Part shown: positions 47,483 to 59,073 of the stretch, piece after piece
How positions within the stretch are numbered: the first letter of the stretch is position 1
How the letters are laid out: each line of letters starts with the position of its first letter
NCBI GenBank assembly: GCA_963666515.2
Contig: OY762897.2
Coordinates: 1,216,001-1,280,000, forward strand
Source: Candidatus Binatia bacterium
GTDB taxonomy: Bacteria; Desulfobacterota; Binatia; UBA9968; JAJDTQ01
Direction: 5' to 3'
DNA: 64,000 nt
Translations under genes and position numbers: made by a program
The notes under the pieces: model-generated
Seen by the model: only the letters and a program-made list of their open reading frames with translations
The model's database searches: none
Told to the model about the DNA's origin: nothing

Positions 47483-49330
47483 ATGAACGTCGAGGAGCTG
47501 AAGGACAAGCTCGACACGCTGCCCGCCGGGCCCGGCGTCTACCTGATGCGGGACCGCGGCGGCAAGGTCGTCTACGTCGGCAAGGCCAAGGAGTTGCGCG
47601 CGCGGGTGCGCTCCTACCTGCGAGGCGGCGACGGCCGCCCGCACGTGGCTTTCCTCATGCGGCAGGTGGAGGACATCGAGACCCTGGTGACCAGCAACGA
47701 GAAGGAAGCGCTGATCCTCGAGAACAACCTCATCAAGCAGTACAAGCCGCGCTACAACATCCGCCTCAAGGACGACAAGAGCTACCTGAGCATCAAGGTG
47801 ACCGGGGGCGACTGGCCGCGTATCCTCGCCACCCGCAGCATCGTCAAGGACGGCAGCCGCTACTTCGGCCCCTACGCTTCCGCGGTGGCCGTGCGCGAGA
47901 CCCTGGAGGTCATCGAGAAGCACTTCCTGCTGCGGAGCTGCACCGACTACAACTTCCGCAACCGCGACCGCCCGTGCCTGCAGTACCAGATCAAGCGTTG
48001 CCCGGCGCCCTGCGTCCATCCCGTGGACGCGGAGGAGTACGCCGGCAACCTGCGCCAGGCGGTGCTGTTCATCGAGGGCAAGAGCGCCGACCTGCTGCGG
48101 CAACTGCGGGTGCGCATGCGGGAGCGCGCCGACGCGCTGGAGTTCGAGCAGGCGGCCAAGCTGCGGGACCGCATCCGCGCGGTGGAGAAGACCCTGGAGA
48201 AGCAGCGCATGGTGTCCCACTGGGGCGCTGACCAGGACATCTTCGGACTGTACCGGGAGGGCGGCTTCATCGAGGTCCAGGTCATCTTCGTGCGCCAAGG
48301 CAAGCTCACCGGCAACCAAGCCTATTCCCTGGAAGACCACCATTTCGACGACGAGGCAATCGTCGCCGCGCTGCTGACCCAGTTCTACCAGGGCAGCCGC
48401 TTCGTTCCCGAGGAGATCCTGGTGCCGGTGGAGTTGGAGGACCGCGCCGTGCACGAGGAGTACCTGGAGGAACGCAAGGGGCGGCGGGTGACGGTGAACC
48501 AGCCCCGGCGGGGCGAGAAGCGCAAGCTTCTGGAGATGGCCCTCAACAACGCCCGCCAGGGCTTCAACGAGCGCCACGACCAGGAGCGGGAGCGGGAGAA
48601 GATGCTGCGCGAGCTGCAGCAGAGGCTGCGGCTGCGGCGCTATCCCCAGCGCATCGAGTGCTACGACATCTCCATGATCCAGGGGACCCACGCCGTGGGC
48701 TCGCGGGTGTCGTTCTTCGACGGCGAGCCCGACAAGCAGAACTACCGCCGCTACCGCGTGCGCACGGTCGGCCCGGAGACCCGCGGCGACGACTTCGCCA
48801 TGATGTACGAGGTCGTCAAGCGACGCTTCCAGCGCGGCCTCAAGGAGACCGACCTGCCGGACCTCATGGTAGTGGACGGCGGCAAGGGGCAGTTGCAGGT
48901 GGCGCTGACGGCGCTGGCGGACCTGCGGGTCACCGACGTGGACGTGGTGGCCCTGGCCAAGATGCGCGTCACCGCGTCGCCGCGGCTGGCGGAGATCGAG
49001 CGCTCGGAGGAGCGCGTGTTCCTGCCCTATCGCAGCAACCCCGTGGTGCTGCGGCGCAACTCCAACGCCCTGTTCCTGCTCCAGCGCATCCGCGACGAGG
49101 CCCACCGCTTCGCCATCACCTACCACCGCAGCATCCGCAAGCGCGAGACCCTGCGCTCGGGCCTCGACGGCATCCCCGGCGTCGGGCCGTCGCGCCGCAA
49201 GGCCCTGCTGCGCCGCTTCGGCAGCCTGAAGCGGTTGCGGGATGCCTCGCTGGAAGAGCTGCTGGAGGTTCCGTCCATGAGCCGCCCGGTAGCCGAGCGC
49301 ATCCTGGAATCGTTCCAGGCCGCGGAGTGA
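47483..49330 (+). CDS. uvrC: Excinuclease ABC subunit C
   Basis: PGVYLM, YVGKA, PRYNIRLKDDK, RIECYDIS, DGGKGQ, RDEAHRFAI, HhH. Confidence 0.98.
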   Translation: MNVEELKDKLDTLPAGPGVYLMRDRGGKVVYVGKAKELRARVRSYLRGGDGRPHVAFLMRQVEDIETLVTSNEKEALILENNLIKQYKPRYNIRLKDDKSYLSIKVTGGDWPRILATRSIVKDGSRYFGPYASAVAVRETLEVIEKHFLLRSCTDYNFRNRDRPCLQYQIKRCPAPCVHPVDAEEYAGNLRQAVLFIEGKSADLLRQLRVRMRERADALEFEQAAKLRDRIRAVEKTLEKQRMVSHWGADQDIFGLYREGGFIEVQVIFVRQGKLTGNQAYSLEDHHFDDEAIVAALLTQFYQGSRFVPEEILVPVELEDRAVHEEYLEERKGRRVTVNQPRRGEKRKLLEMALNNARQGFNERHDQEREREKMLRELQQRLRLRRYPQRIECYDISMIQGTHAVGSRVSFFDGEPDKQNYRRYRVRTVGPETRGDDFAMMYEVVKRRFQRGLKETDLPDLMVVDGGKGQLQVALTALADLRVTDVDVVALAKMRVTASPRLAEIERSEERVFLPYRSNPVVLRRNSNALFLLQRIRDEAHRFAITYHRSIRKRETLRSGLDGIPGVGPSRRKALLRRFGSLKRLRDASLEELLEVPSMSRPVAERILESFQAAE

Positions 49331-49367
49331 AGGAGGAGGGGATTGTTGGGGAGTTTCACTGTATTCG

Positions 49368-49477
49368 CGAATCGTCATTCCGGCGAAAGCCGGAATCCAG
49401 GTGGAGTGGGGCGGGGAATCACTGCCGTCGGCCCCTCCCCACCCCTGGATTCCGGCTTTCGCCGGAATGACGATTCG
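49368..49477. repeat. REP-like doublet element, second copy (perfect 33-bp arms)
   Basis: CGAATCGTCATTCCGGCGAAAGCCGGAATCCAG and exact reverse complement. Confidence 0.93.
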
Positions 49478-49518
49478 TAGGGCGTGTTTCGGATCAATCT
49501 TCACGAATTCATTGCAAC

Positions 49519-51090
49519 ATGGTCATCGGACACCCCACGGGCGTGCTGGTCCTGCCGCTGTTGGCTTTACTCGGCGGACAGGCCATGGCGGTCATGGCCG
49601 ATGCTGCCGGCGTGTGGCCGGTTACGTTGGTCTTGACCGCGTTCTCCTTGGCTTTCTGCTTCGTCAGACCTCGTTGGGCAATTCTCGGCCTCGTTTGCGC
49701 GCTCGCGTTTCACTGGGGATTCGCCGCGCACCACGGGCTGCTCCATCCGCGGCTGCCCGCCGATCACATTCAGCACCTCACCGGGCGCACTAGAGCCGTC
49801 CTCATCGAAGGGCGCCTCTACCGCGAGCCGGAAGGGCAGGGCGGCCGCAGCCGCTGGCATCTCGCCGCGGAACGGGAGTGGACCCGGGAAGGGGCGCGCG
49901 ACGCCACTGGCAACGTGCGGGTGACTGTCCGCAATGCCTACCGCCACTGGCGCTACGGGGACGTGATACGGGTGCCGTTGCGCCTGCGCGCGCCGAAGAA
50001 CTGGGACGAACAGTTCGACTACACGGCCTACTTGGCGCGCCGCGGAATCTACCACGTGGCCTACCTGCACAACGACTGGGAAGTGCGGCTGGTACGGCGC
50101 GAGGGCGGCGGCGCGCGCGACTGGATCGAGACCGGGCGGCGGCGCATCGGCCGGTTCCTGGAGCGCGTGTTCGAGCTGGAAGCCGGTGGTCTGCTCAAGG
50201 CGCTGGTGGTGGGGGACCGCGGCGGGCTCACCGCGGAGGTGCGGGACCGCTTTGTGGCCGTCGGCATGTCCCACGTGCTGTCCATATCAGGGCTGCACGT
50301 GGGCATGTTGAGCCTGGCGGTCTGGTTCCTCTGCCGCACGCTCGCCGCCCGCAGCACCTGGCTGCTCCTGCGCTTTCCGGTCCACAAGCTGGCGGCGCTC
50401 GGCTCGCTGGCGCCGGTCCTCCTCTACACCGCGGTGGCCGGCGCCCGCATACCGACGGTACGCGCCGCCATCATGATCGGCTTGTACCAACTGGCGGTGC
50501 TGAGCGGGCGCAATGCAAGTATCTTCAGGAGCCTCACCCTGGCCGCCCTCATTGCCGCGTTGATCTGGCCGGGGGCCGTCATGGAGGCTTCCTTCCAGCT
50601 CTCCTTCCTGGCCGTGCTGTCCATCGCCGCAGGCATACGGATCTTCCGCGGAACGTCGTTCATGCAGCCGTCCCAGGCGCCGCGCGATGGTTGGCTGCAA
50701 CGCTACCGTCCGGCCATTCTGCTGTCCGTCCTCGTCCCCGTATTCGCCACCCTCGGCACCGGGCCGATCGTGGCGCACCACTTCGGCATCCTCTCCCTAG
50801 CCGGCTTCATCGCCAACCCGCTGCTGGTGCCGCTGGTTGGATTCTTCATCGTTCCCGCGGGACTCCTCACGGGCTTCCTGTGCCTGTTCGCACCCGCCGT
50901 TTCCACGCTCTTGGCACGCGTGGTCGAACCCGCCGCTACGCTTTTCCTCCGGGCCGTCGACCTCCTGGCCGGCTTTCCCATGGCCGCGTTCTCCCTTCCG
51001 CGTCCGGGTTGGGTGATGGTGGGGGCGAGCTACGTCCTCGTCCTGACGCTGGCCGCTGGCGTTCACCGGTTCCTCCGGCGGACACCGTGA
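49519..51090 (+). CDS. comEC: ComEC/Rec2 competence protein (OB-fold and competence domains; no C-terminal metallo-beta-lactamase domain)
   Basis: FDY..YL, GDR, HVLSISGLHV, RAAIM, SFQLSF, ANPL.VP. Confidence 0.9.
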   Translation: MVIGHPTGVLVLPLLALLGGQAMAVMADAAGVWPVTLVLTAFSLAFCFVRPRWAILGLVCALAFHWGFAAHHGLLHPRLPADHIQHLTGRTRAVLIEGRLYREPEGQGGRSRWHLAAEREWTREGARDATGNVRVTVRNAYRHWRYGDVIRVPLRLRAPKNWDEQFDYTAYLARRGIYHVAYLHNDWEVRLVRREGGGARDWIETGRRRIGRFLERVFELEAGGLLKALVVGDRGGLTAEVRDRFVAVGMSHVLSISGLHVGMLSLAVWFLCRTLAARSTWLLLRFPVHKLAALGSLAPVLLYTAVAGARIPTVRAAIMIGLYQLAVLSGRNASIFRSLTLAALIAALIWPGAVMEASFQLSFLAVLSIAAGIRIFRGTSFMQPSQAPRDGWLQRYRPAILLSVLVPVFATLGTGPIVAHHFGILSLAGFIANPLLVPLVGFFIVPAGLLTGFLCLFAPAVSTLLARVVEPAATLFLRAVDLLAGFPMAAFSLPRPGWVMVGASYVLVLTLAAGVHRFLRRTP

Positions 51091-51197
51091 AGTTACGACT
51101 TTCCCCAGGGACCGTTCAATGCCGGTTGGGTTCAAGGCACTTGATTGGAAACACATACAAAATCACGGTATAACAGGTAAAATATTGCGAGGTTGAT

Positions 51198-51548
51198 ATG
51201 CGCTTCAGTGAGTTCGTGACGGATCAGGTATTTTCTCCGGTACTCATCGCAGCAGCGCTCCGCACTACCAAGTCGGAGATCGCGGGGACTCTGGGGCTGG
51301 GTAGAGACGCGTTCTCGCGGGCCTCACGTATCCGAGCGCGGAAGACACAGGTTCGCCTCCGCCAGATGTTGGAGATTCTCAACCGGGTCGAGGCCGAAAC
51401 CGGCTCACCGCTGGCGGCCTATGCCTGGTTCCGCTCCGCGCCGCTGCCCGGCTTCGGCGGCGCCACCGCGGATTCATTGTTGCGCCAAGGCAAGGCTGAT
51501 CAGGTGCACGCCCATCTGGATCGGATCATGGCGGGCGGATACGCCTGA
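51198..51548 (+). CDS. Xre/MbcA/ParS-type antitoxin
   Basis: N-terminal HTH; C-terminal AWF...PLPGFGG.T...LL..G....V..L motif; upstream of RES gene. Confidence 0.88.
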   Translation: MRFSEFVTDQVFSPVLIAAALRTTKSEIAGTLGLGRDAFSRASRIRARKTQVRLRQMLEILNRVEAETGSPLAAYAWFRSAPLPGFGGATADSLLRQGKADQVHAHLDRIMAGGYA

Positions 51549-51559
51549 CCCGTCGTCCC

Positions 51560-52063
51560 ATGCGGTTCCGATGGATCGTGTATCGAGCCCACAATCCCCA
51601 ATGGTCCTGGACACCGTTGTCGGGCGAGGGTGCACAACGCCACGGAGGACGCTTCAACCGGCGCGGGATCCCCGCGCTCTACACCTCTCTGGACCCCATG
51701 ACGGCGATTCGTGAGGCACAGCCGCTGGGCCGTTCCCTGCAACCCATCACGCTGTGCGCCTACGAGGTCGATGCCCACCCGGTGTTCGACACGGGCGACA
51801 GCTCTGAACGAGCAGCGCTGAAGGTAGCCGATTCTGAACTCGCCCGTCCGGTCTGGGAAGCGGAAATGCTGGAAGGTCGCGTTCCTGCGTCACAGAGGCT
51901 TGCCGACCGTCTGATCGAAGCCGGCTACGTTGGGATGCTCGTCCGAAGCTTTGCCGCCGGGCCCGGTATCGATGAACTGAATCTGGTGCTCTGGCGATGG
52001 GGCGACGACCGCCCCAGCCGTGTGACCCTGATTGACGATGAAGGACGCCTTGTGCGGAACTGA
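51560..52063 (+). CDS. RES-domain toxin (NAD+ phosphorylase family)
   Basis: VYRAH, SGEGA...GGRFN..G.PALY, TAIRE, VRSFA, NLVLW. Confidence 0.92.
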   Translation: MRFRWIVYRAHNPQWSWTPLSGEGAQRHGGRFNRRGIPALYTSLDPMTAIREAQPLGRSLQPITLCAYEVDAHPVFDTGDSSERAALKVADSELARPVWEAEMLEGRVPASQRLADRLIEAGYVGMLVRSFAAGPGIDELNLVLWRWGDDRPSRVTLIDDEGRLVRN

Positions 52064-52259
52064 GAGCGGAACTGACAAAGCGTGAACGAAACCGGGAAGT
52101 TCGCCTTCTGTCAGGCGCAGCCCGTTTGTTTGACTTTCCGCCACGCCTCTGTTAGCTCGTAACCATCCTGGCAGCATGTGCTTGAATCCTCCTGCCATCG
52201 AAACCGACTCCCCTCAGGACAATGAAGATTGCGGCTTGGGCGCCCGTTTGGTGGTGCAT

Positions 52260-53513
52260 ATGAACCTGACGCGTATCAAGGGTTTCGCCGACGTCCTGCC
52301 CGGCGACGTGGAGACGTGGCAACGGATCGAAAGGGCGGCGGAACGGGTATTTGCGAGCTACAACTTCAAGGAGATTCGCATACCTGTGCTGGAGAAGTCG
52401 GAGCTGTTCTCGCGTTCCCTGGGCGAGTCCACCGACGTCATCGAGAAGGAGATGTACACGTTCGCCGACCGGGACTCCAAGGCGACGCTGTTGAGCCTCC
52501 GGCCCGAGGGCACCGCGGGGGTGGTGCGGGCGTACGGCGAAGGCAAGCTCCACCAAGTGGAGCCGGTGCGCAAGCTCTACTACCTGGGCCCTATGTTCCG
52601 CCGCGAGCGCCCCCAGAAGGGGCGGCTGCGGCAGTTCCACCAGATCGGCGCCGAGGTCTTCGGCCGGACCGATCCCTACATCGACGCCGAGTTGCTGTTG
52701 CTGCTGCGGGACCTGTGGGAGGAGCTGGGGGTGGCGGACACGATCCTGGAGGTGAACTCCATCGGTTGCGCCGATTGCCGCCCCGGCTACCGCGCGGCGC
52801 TGGTGGCGTTCCTGGAGGGGCGCCGGGCCGAGCTGTGCGCCGACTGCGACCGCCGGCTGGAGAACAATCCGCTGCGGGTGCTGGACTGCAAGCGCCCGTC
52901 CTGCGGCGGAATCGTGGGCGCGGCGCCGTCGATCCTCTCCCACCTGTGTGATAACTGCCGGAGCCACTTCGACACGGTGCTGGAGCTGCTCCAGGATTTC
53001 CGGCCCGAGCCGGTGGTGAACCCGCGCCTGGTGCGCGGCCTGGACTACTACTGCCGGACCACGTTCGAGTGGAAGGCCGGCGCGGGCCTGGGGAGCCAGA
53101 ACACGGTGGCCGCGGGCGGCCGCTACGACGGGCTGGTGCAGTCCCTGGGGGGGCCGCCGGTGGCGGGCGTGGGGTTCGCCCTGGGGGTGGAGCGCCTGGC
53201 GCTGCTCCTGTCGGAAGGGGACGCGGACGAAAGCGGCGCGCCGCTGCTCTATCTCGCCTGGATGGGTGACGAGGCGCAACGCTGGACGTTCGACTTGGCC
53301 CACCGGCTGCGCCGGCGCGGCCGGCGGGTGGAGTTGGAAGGAGAGGCCCGGAGCCTCAAGAGCCAGATGCGGCGCGCCGACAAGCAGGGGGCGAGCGTGG
53401 TGCTCATCGTCGGCCCCGACGAGATGGCCAAGGGCTTGGCGCTGGTGCGCCACATGGCGACCAAGGAACAGGCCGAGGTGGATTTCGCGGACGTCGAGGA
53501 AAGTCTCGGGTGA
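52260..53513 (+). CDS. hisS: Histidine-tRNA ligase
   Basis: [41 protein letters not shown]. Confidence 0.98.
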   Translation: MNLTRIKGFADVLPGDVETWQRIERAAERVFASYNFKEIRIPVLEKSELFSRSLGESTDVIEKEMYTFADRDSKATLLSLRPEGTAGVVRAYGEGKLHQVEPVRKLYYLGPMFRRERPQKGRLRQFHQIGAEVFGRTDPYIDAELLLLLRDLWEELGVADTILEVNSIGCADCRPGYRAALVAFLEGRRAELCADCDRRLENNPLRVLDCKRPSCGGIVGAAPSILSHLCDNCRSHFDTVLELLQDFRPEPVVNPRLVRGLDYYCRTTFEWKAGAGLGSQNTVAAGGRYDGLVQSLGGPPVAGVGFALGVERLALLLSEGDADESGAPLLYLAWMGDEAQRWTFDLAHRLRRRGRRVELEGEARSLKSQMRRADKQGASVVLIVGPDEMAKGLALVRHMATKEQAEVDFADVEESLG

Positions 53514-53538
53514 ACAGGTGAGCCCTTCGGGGGAACAC

Positions 53539-55335
53539 GTGAACAAGCGGAATGTGGATCTGATGGGCGACTGGCAGCGGAGCTGCCGCTGCGGCGAGCC
53601 GGGCGAGGGCGACGTGGGCCGGGCGTTGACCCTGATGGGCTGGACCCAGTCCGTGCGGGACCACGGCGGCCTCCTCTTCATCGACCTCCGGGACCGTTCC
53701 GGCGTGGTCCAGGTGGTGCTGAACCCCGAGGTGACGCCCGAGTCCCACGACAAGGCCAAGCGGGTGCGTTCCGAGGACGTGCTGGCGGTACGCGGGACCC
53801 TGGTGCACCGTTCCGAGGAGACCGTGAACCCGAACCTCGCCACCGGCGCGGTGGAGCTGATGGCGCAGGAACTGCGCGTGCTGAACCCGTCGCGGGTGCC
53901 GCCGTTCCAGGTGGACGACGACGTCGAGCCCACCGAGACCAGTCGTTTCCGCTACCGCTACCTGGACCTGCGTCGGCCGCGCAGCCTGCGCCCGCTGGAG
54001 ATCCGCCACCGCATGCTGTCCGCGGTCCGCGACCACCTGAACGGCCTGTCGTTCATGGAGGTGGAGACCCCGGTGCTTACCAAGAGCACGCCGGAAGGCG
54101 CGCGCGACTACCTGGTGCCGAGCCGCATTCACCCGGGCAAGTTCTACGCGCTGCCGCAGTCGCCCCAGCTCTTCAAGCAGATCCTCATGGTGGGCGGGGT
54201 GGACCGCTACTTCCAGATCGTGCGCTGCTTCCGCGACGAGGACCTGCGCATGGACCGGCAGCCCGAGTTCACCCAGCTCGACATCGAGATGTCCTTCGTG
54301 CAGCCCGAGGACGTCTTCGCCATGGTCGAGGGCATGATGGCGCGGGTGTTCCGGGAGGTCCGTGGGATCGAGCTGGAGACGCCGTTTCGCCGCCTGAGTT
54401 GGGAGGAGGCCATGGGTCGGTACGGCACCGACAAGCCCGACCTCCGCTTCGGCCTGGAACTGGTGGAGCTGTCGGACACGTTCCGCGAATCCAAGGTGGC
54501 CATCTTCACGCGCGCGCTGGCCTCCGGCGGCATCGTCAAGGGCCTGCGGGCGCCCGGCGCCGGCAACCTCTCGCGCAAGGAGCTGGACGACCTCACCGAG
54601 CTGGTGGGCCGTTACGGCGCCAAGGGGCTCGCCTGGATCAAGGTCACCGGCAGCGAGTGGCAGTCGCCGCTCACCAAGTTCCTGAGCGAGGCCGAGAAGG
54701 ACGCGCTCCGCAACCTCACGGGCGTGCAGCCCGGCGACGTGATCTTCATGCTCGCCGACGACTTCGACATCGTCAACGAGGGCCTCGCCAACCTGCGGCT
54801 GGAGATGGGCCGGCGGCTCGGGCTTGTGCAGGAGGGCGTCCAGGCGTTCGCGTGGGTCCTCGACTTCCCGCTTGTGGAGTGGAAGAAAGCCGAAAGCCGC
54901 TACACCGCGGTACACCACCCGTTCACCGCCCCGCGGGAACAGGACCTGCCGCTACTGGAATCCGACCCCGCCCGGGTGAAATCCCGCGCCTACGACCTGG
55001 TGCTCAACGGCATGGAGCTGGGCGGCGGCAGCATCCGGATCCACTCCCCAGAGTTGCAGCGGCGGGTGCTGGCGCTGCTCGACGTGAACCCCGACACAGT
55101 GGAGGAGCAGTTCGGCTTCCTCCTGGAAGCGCTGGACCTCGGCGCCCCGCCCCACGGCGGCATCGCCTTCGGCGTCGACCGCCTGGCCATGCTCCTGAGC
55201 GATTCCCCCGCCATCCGCGACGTCATCGCCTTCCCCAAGAGCCAGCGCGCCGTGTGCATGCTGACGGAGGCGCCCACCGGGGTGGACGCGCGCCAGCTTT
55301 TGGAGCTGCAGATCAGGACGTTGGCCGGGGAGTGA
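53539..55335 (+). CDS. aspS: Aspartate-tRNA ligase
   Basis: [53 protein letters not shown]. Confidence 0.98.
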   Translation: MNKRNVDLMGDWQRSCRCGEPGEGDVGRALTLMGWTQSVRDHGGLLFIDLRDRSGVVQVVLNPEVTPESHDKAKRVRSEDVLAVRGTLVHRSEETVNPNLATGAVELMAQELRVLNPSRVPPFQVDDDVEPTETSRFRYRYLDLRRPRSLRPLEIRHRMLSAVRDHLNGLSFMEVETPVLTKSTPEGARDYLVPSRIHPGKFYALPQSPQLFKQILMVGGVDRYFQIVRCFRDEDLRMDRQPEFTQLDIEMSFVQPEDVFAMVEGMMARVFREVRGIELETPFRRLSWEEAMGRYGTDKPDLRFGLELVELSDTFRESKVAIFTRALASGGIVKGLRAPGAGNLSRKELDDLTELVGRYGAKGLAWIKVTGSEWQSPLTKFLSEAEKDALRNLTGVQPGDVIFMLADDFDIVNEGLANLRLEMGRRLGLVQEGVQAFAWVLDFPLVEWKKAESRYTAVHHPFTAPREQDLPLLESDPARVKSRAYDLVLNGMELGGGSIRIHSPELQRRVLALLDVNPDTVEEQFGFLLEALDLGAPPHGGIAFGVDRLAMLLSDSPAIRDVIAFPKSQRAVCMLTEAPTGVDARQLLELQIRTLAGE

Positions 55336-55478
55336 GCACGCCTACGAAGCAACAGGGACGAAACGGAGGGTAACGTCAGGCTGGGCGAACTATATCAAGC
55401 CCGAAAAGGGCACCCGACATCCGTAATTTCGACTGTCAATACGGAGATGTCAAGATCAGGCCCAGGTGATATGCGCTT

Positions 55479-56012
55479 CTATCGATTCGTCCCGTACCGC
55501 GCCAGTTCGGTCAGATAGGTCAGCGTCGTGAGGTCGGGCATGCGGTCCATGTAGACGTGGCCGCGCAGGTGGTCCACCTCGTGCTGGATGACACGCGCGT
55601 GGAAACCTTCGGCAACGAAGTCCAACGAGTTGCCGTCCCGGTCCAGCGCGGTGACCCGCAGCCGCTTGTAGCGGGGCACCAGGCCGCGGATGTCGGGGAT
55701 GCTCAGACACCCCTCCCAGTCGTCTTCGGTTTCGTCGCCCAGCGGCGCGATATCGGGATTGATGAGGACGGAAAGGGGCACGGCGTCCTTGCCGGGGTAG
55801 CGGGCGTTTTCGGCTACCTCCAGCACCGCCACCTGCATGGATTCGTGGACCTGCACCGCGGCCAAGCCGACTCCTTGATACTCGCGCATGGTGACCACCA
55901 TGTCGTCGATGAAGCGCTGGAAATCCGGCTGCCTTACGGCTTCGGCAGGAACTTGGCGGGCAGGCGTGCGCAGCACGGGATTGCCCAGGCGGGCGACCTT
56001 GAGAATGGCCAT
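55479..56012 (-). CDS. def: Peptide deformylase
   Basis: GVGLAAVQ, EGCLS, QHEVDHL.G. Confidence 0.96.
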   Translation of the reverse strand: MAILKVARLGNPVLRTPARQVPAEAVRQPDFQRFIDDMVVTMREYQGVGLAAVQVHESMQVAVLEVAENARYPGKDAVPLSVLINPDIAPLGDETEDDWEGCLSIPDIRGLVPRYKRLRVTALDRDGNSLDFVAEGFHARVIQHEVDHLRGHVYMDRMPDLTTLTYLTELARYGTNR

Positions 56013-56128
56013 CCGGCCTTGGTAGCACGGCGGTTTCAGGGCCTTCAAGCCGCCTTCCTGTCCGGTCCGAAGCCTTGCTGAATGTTGAAGTCAAGAGCCC
56101 TGGATCCGGTGGCGGACAGGGTCGGTGT

Positions 56129-56158
56129 TTGACAACATGGACGTTTTAGGTCTACGTT
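56129..56158 (+). promoter_or_regulatory. Rrf2-suf promoter with IscR type-1-like operator
   Basis: TTGACA at 56129 overlapped by dyad AACATGGAC-GTTTTAG-GTCTACGTT (GAC-N7-GTC). Confidence 0.65.
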
Positions 56159-56293
56159 TGACACACGACGTTTGCGCACGGAAGATCTCTCGGGAGTTCT
56201 GATCCATAGCTTCGAACCAGTTTCGTCAGGGGATCCGGCATGCAAGAAACCGCTGTGAATTCCGTCAGAACCACGGCCGACCGAAGCTCGCTG

Positions 56294-56728
56294 ATGAACA
56301 TCGGCAGGAAGGTCGACTATGCCGTGCGCGCGCTTTCGTATCTGGCCGCCCAGCCGCACCTCTGGGTGGTGGGCAGCAAGGAGATCGCGGCGCGGCAGGA
56401 CATTCCGACACACTACATGTCGAAGATCATGAAGGATCTCGCCGCGGCTGGGCTGGTTCAGTCTCATGTGGGCCGGAAGGGCGGCTTCAGCCTGGCGCGG
56501 CCGGCGGAGTCCATCAGCGTCAAGGAAGTCTACGAAGCCGTGGAGAAGCCGTTGAGCCTGATGGAGTGCCTGGATAATCACTGCTGCCCCTACGATTCCG
56601 TGTGCACGCAGATTTCCGTGTGGGAGCGGGCGCAGATGCTATTGGTGGAATACCTGGCGGGGGTCTCCATCGGGAGCCTCGCCGACCGCGAAGGCCTCAA
56701 GGGCCGCTTGAACGGGCTGCACAGTTGA
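56294..56728 (+). CDS. Rrf2-family (IscR/SufR-like) transcriptional regulator
   Basis: DYAVRAL..LA, IP..Y..KI...L...GLV.S..G..GGF.LARP; Cys cluster CLDNHCCPYDSVC. Confidence 0.94.
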   Translation: MNIGRKVDYAVRALSYLAAQPHLWVVGSKEIAARQDIPTHYMSKIMKDLAAAGLVQSHVGRKGGFSLARPAESISVKEVYEAVEKPLSLMECLDNHCCPYDSVCTQISVWERAQMLLVEYLAGVSIGSLADREGLKGRLNGLHS

Positions 56729-56773
56729 ATTTTTTAAGCTGAAGGCGGACCCTTCCGGTCCATCTTCGGACGG

Positions 56774-58240
<1,467 letters not shown>

Positions 58241-58274
58241 GAGCGTGTCCGGGCAGTCGAATGCAGTGAGGGCA

Positions 58275-58294
58275 GGGCGACCGGCCGGTCGCCC
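58275..58294. repeat. Perfect 20-bp palindrome (REP-like)
   Basis: GGGCGACCGGCCGGTCGCCC. Confidence 0.7.
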
Positions 58295-58308
58295 ACCAGG
58301 TGAAAAGA

Positions 58309-59073
58309 ATGCTTGAAGTTCGCAATTTGCATGCGCGCGTGGAGGGGAAAGAAATCCTTCGCGGCATCGACCTGACGGTGAAGGCGGGAGAGGTCCACGC
58401 CATCATGGGTCCCAACGGCTCGGGCAAGAGCACCCTGGCGCAGGTGCTGGCCGGGCGCGATACCTATGAGGTCACCGCCGGCGAGGTCCGGTACAAGGGT
58501 GAGGACCTGCTCGGCATGGCGCCGGAGCTGCGGGCGGTCGAGGGGATATTCCTGGGCTTCCAGTACCCGGTGGAGATCCCGGGGCTGAACAGCCTCTACT
58601 TCCTGCGCGCGGCGGTCAACGCGGCCCGCGCCCACCGCGGCGAGGACGAGCTGGACGCGGTGGACTTCATGGCCCTGGCCAAGGAGAAGATGAAGGCCGT
58701 GGAGATGGGCGAGGACCTGTTGCGGCGGCCGGTCAACGCGGGGTTCTCCGGCGGCGAGAAGAAGCGCGCCGAGATCTTCCAGATGACCGTGCTGGAGCCC
58801 ACCCTGGCGATCCTGGACGAGACCGATTCCGGCCTGGACATCGACGCCTTGAAGGTCGTGTCCCACGGCATCAACCTGTTCCGCGGCCCCGAGCGCGCCA
58901 TCGTCCTGGTGACCCACTACCAGCGGCTGCTCAACTACGTGGTGCCCGACGTGGTCCACGTCATCCACAACGGGCGGCTGGTGAAGTCCGGCGGCAAGGA
59001 GCTGGCCCGGGAGCTGGAGGACACCGGCTATTCTTGGGTGGAGGACGCGGCGGGCCGGGGGACCGGGGTATGA
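58309..59073 (+). CDS. sufC: Fe-S cluster assembly ATPase SufC
   Basis: MGPNGSGKST, FQYPVEIPG, FSGGEKKR, DETDSGLD, THYQR. Confidence 0.98.
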   Translation: MLEVRNLHARVEGKEILRGIDLTVKAGEVHAIMGPNGSGKSTLAQVLAGRDTYEVTAGEVRYKGEDLLGMAPELRAVEGIFLGFQYPVEIPGLNSLYFLRAAVNAARAHRGEDELDAVDFMALAKEKMKAVEMGEDLLRRPVNAGFSGGEKKRAEIFQMTVLEPTLAILDETDSGLDIDALKVVSHGINLFRGPERAIVLVTHYQRLLNYVVPDVVHVIHNGRLVKSGGKELARELEDTGYSWVEDAAGRGTGV

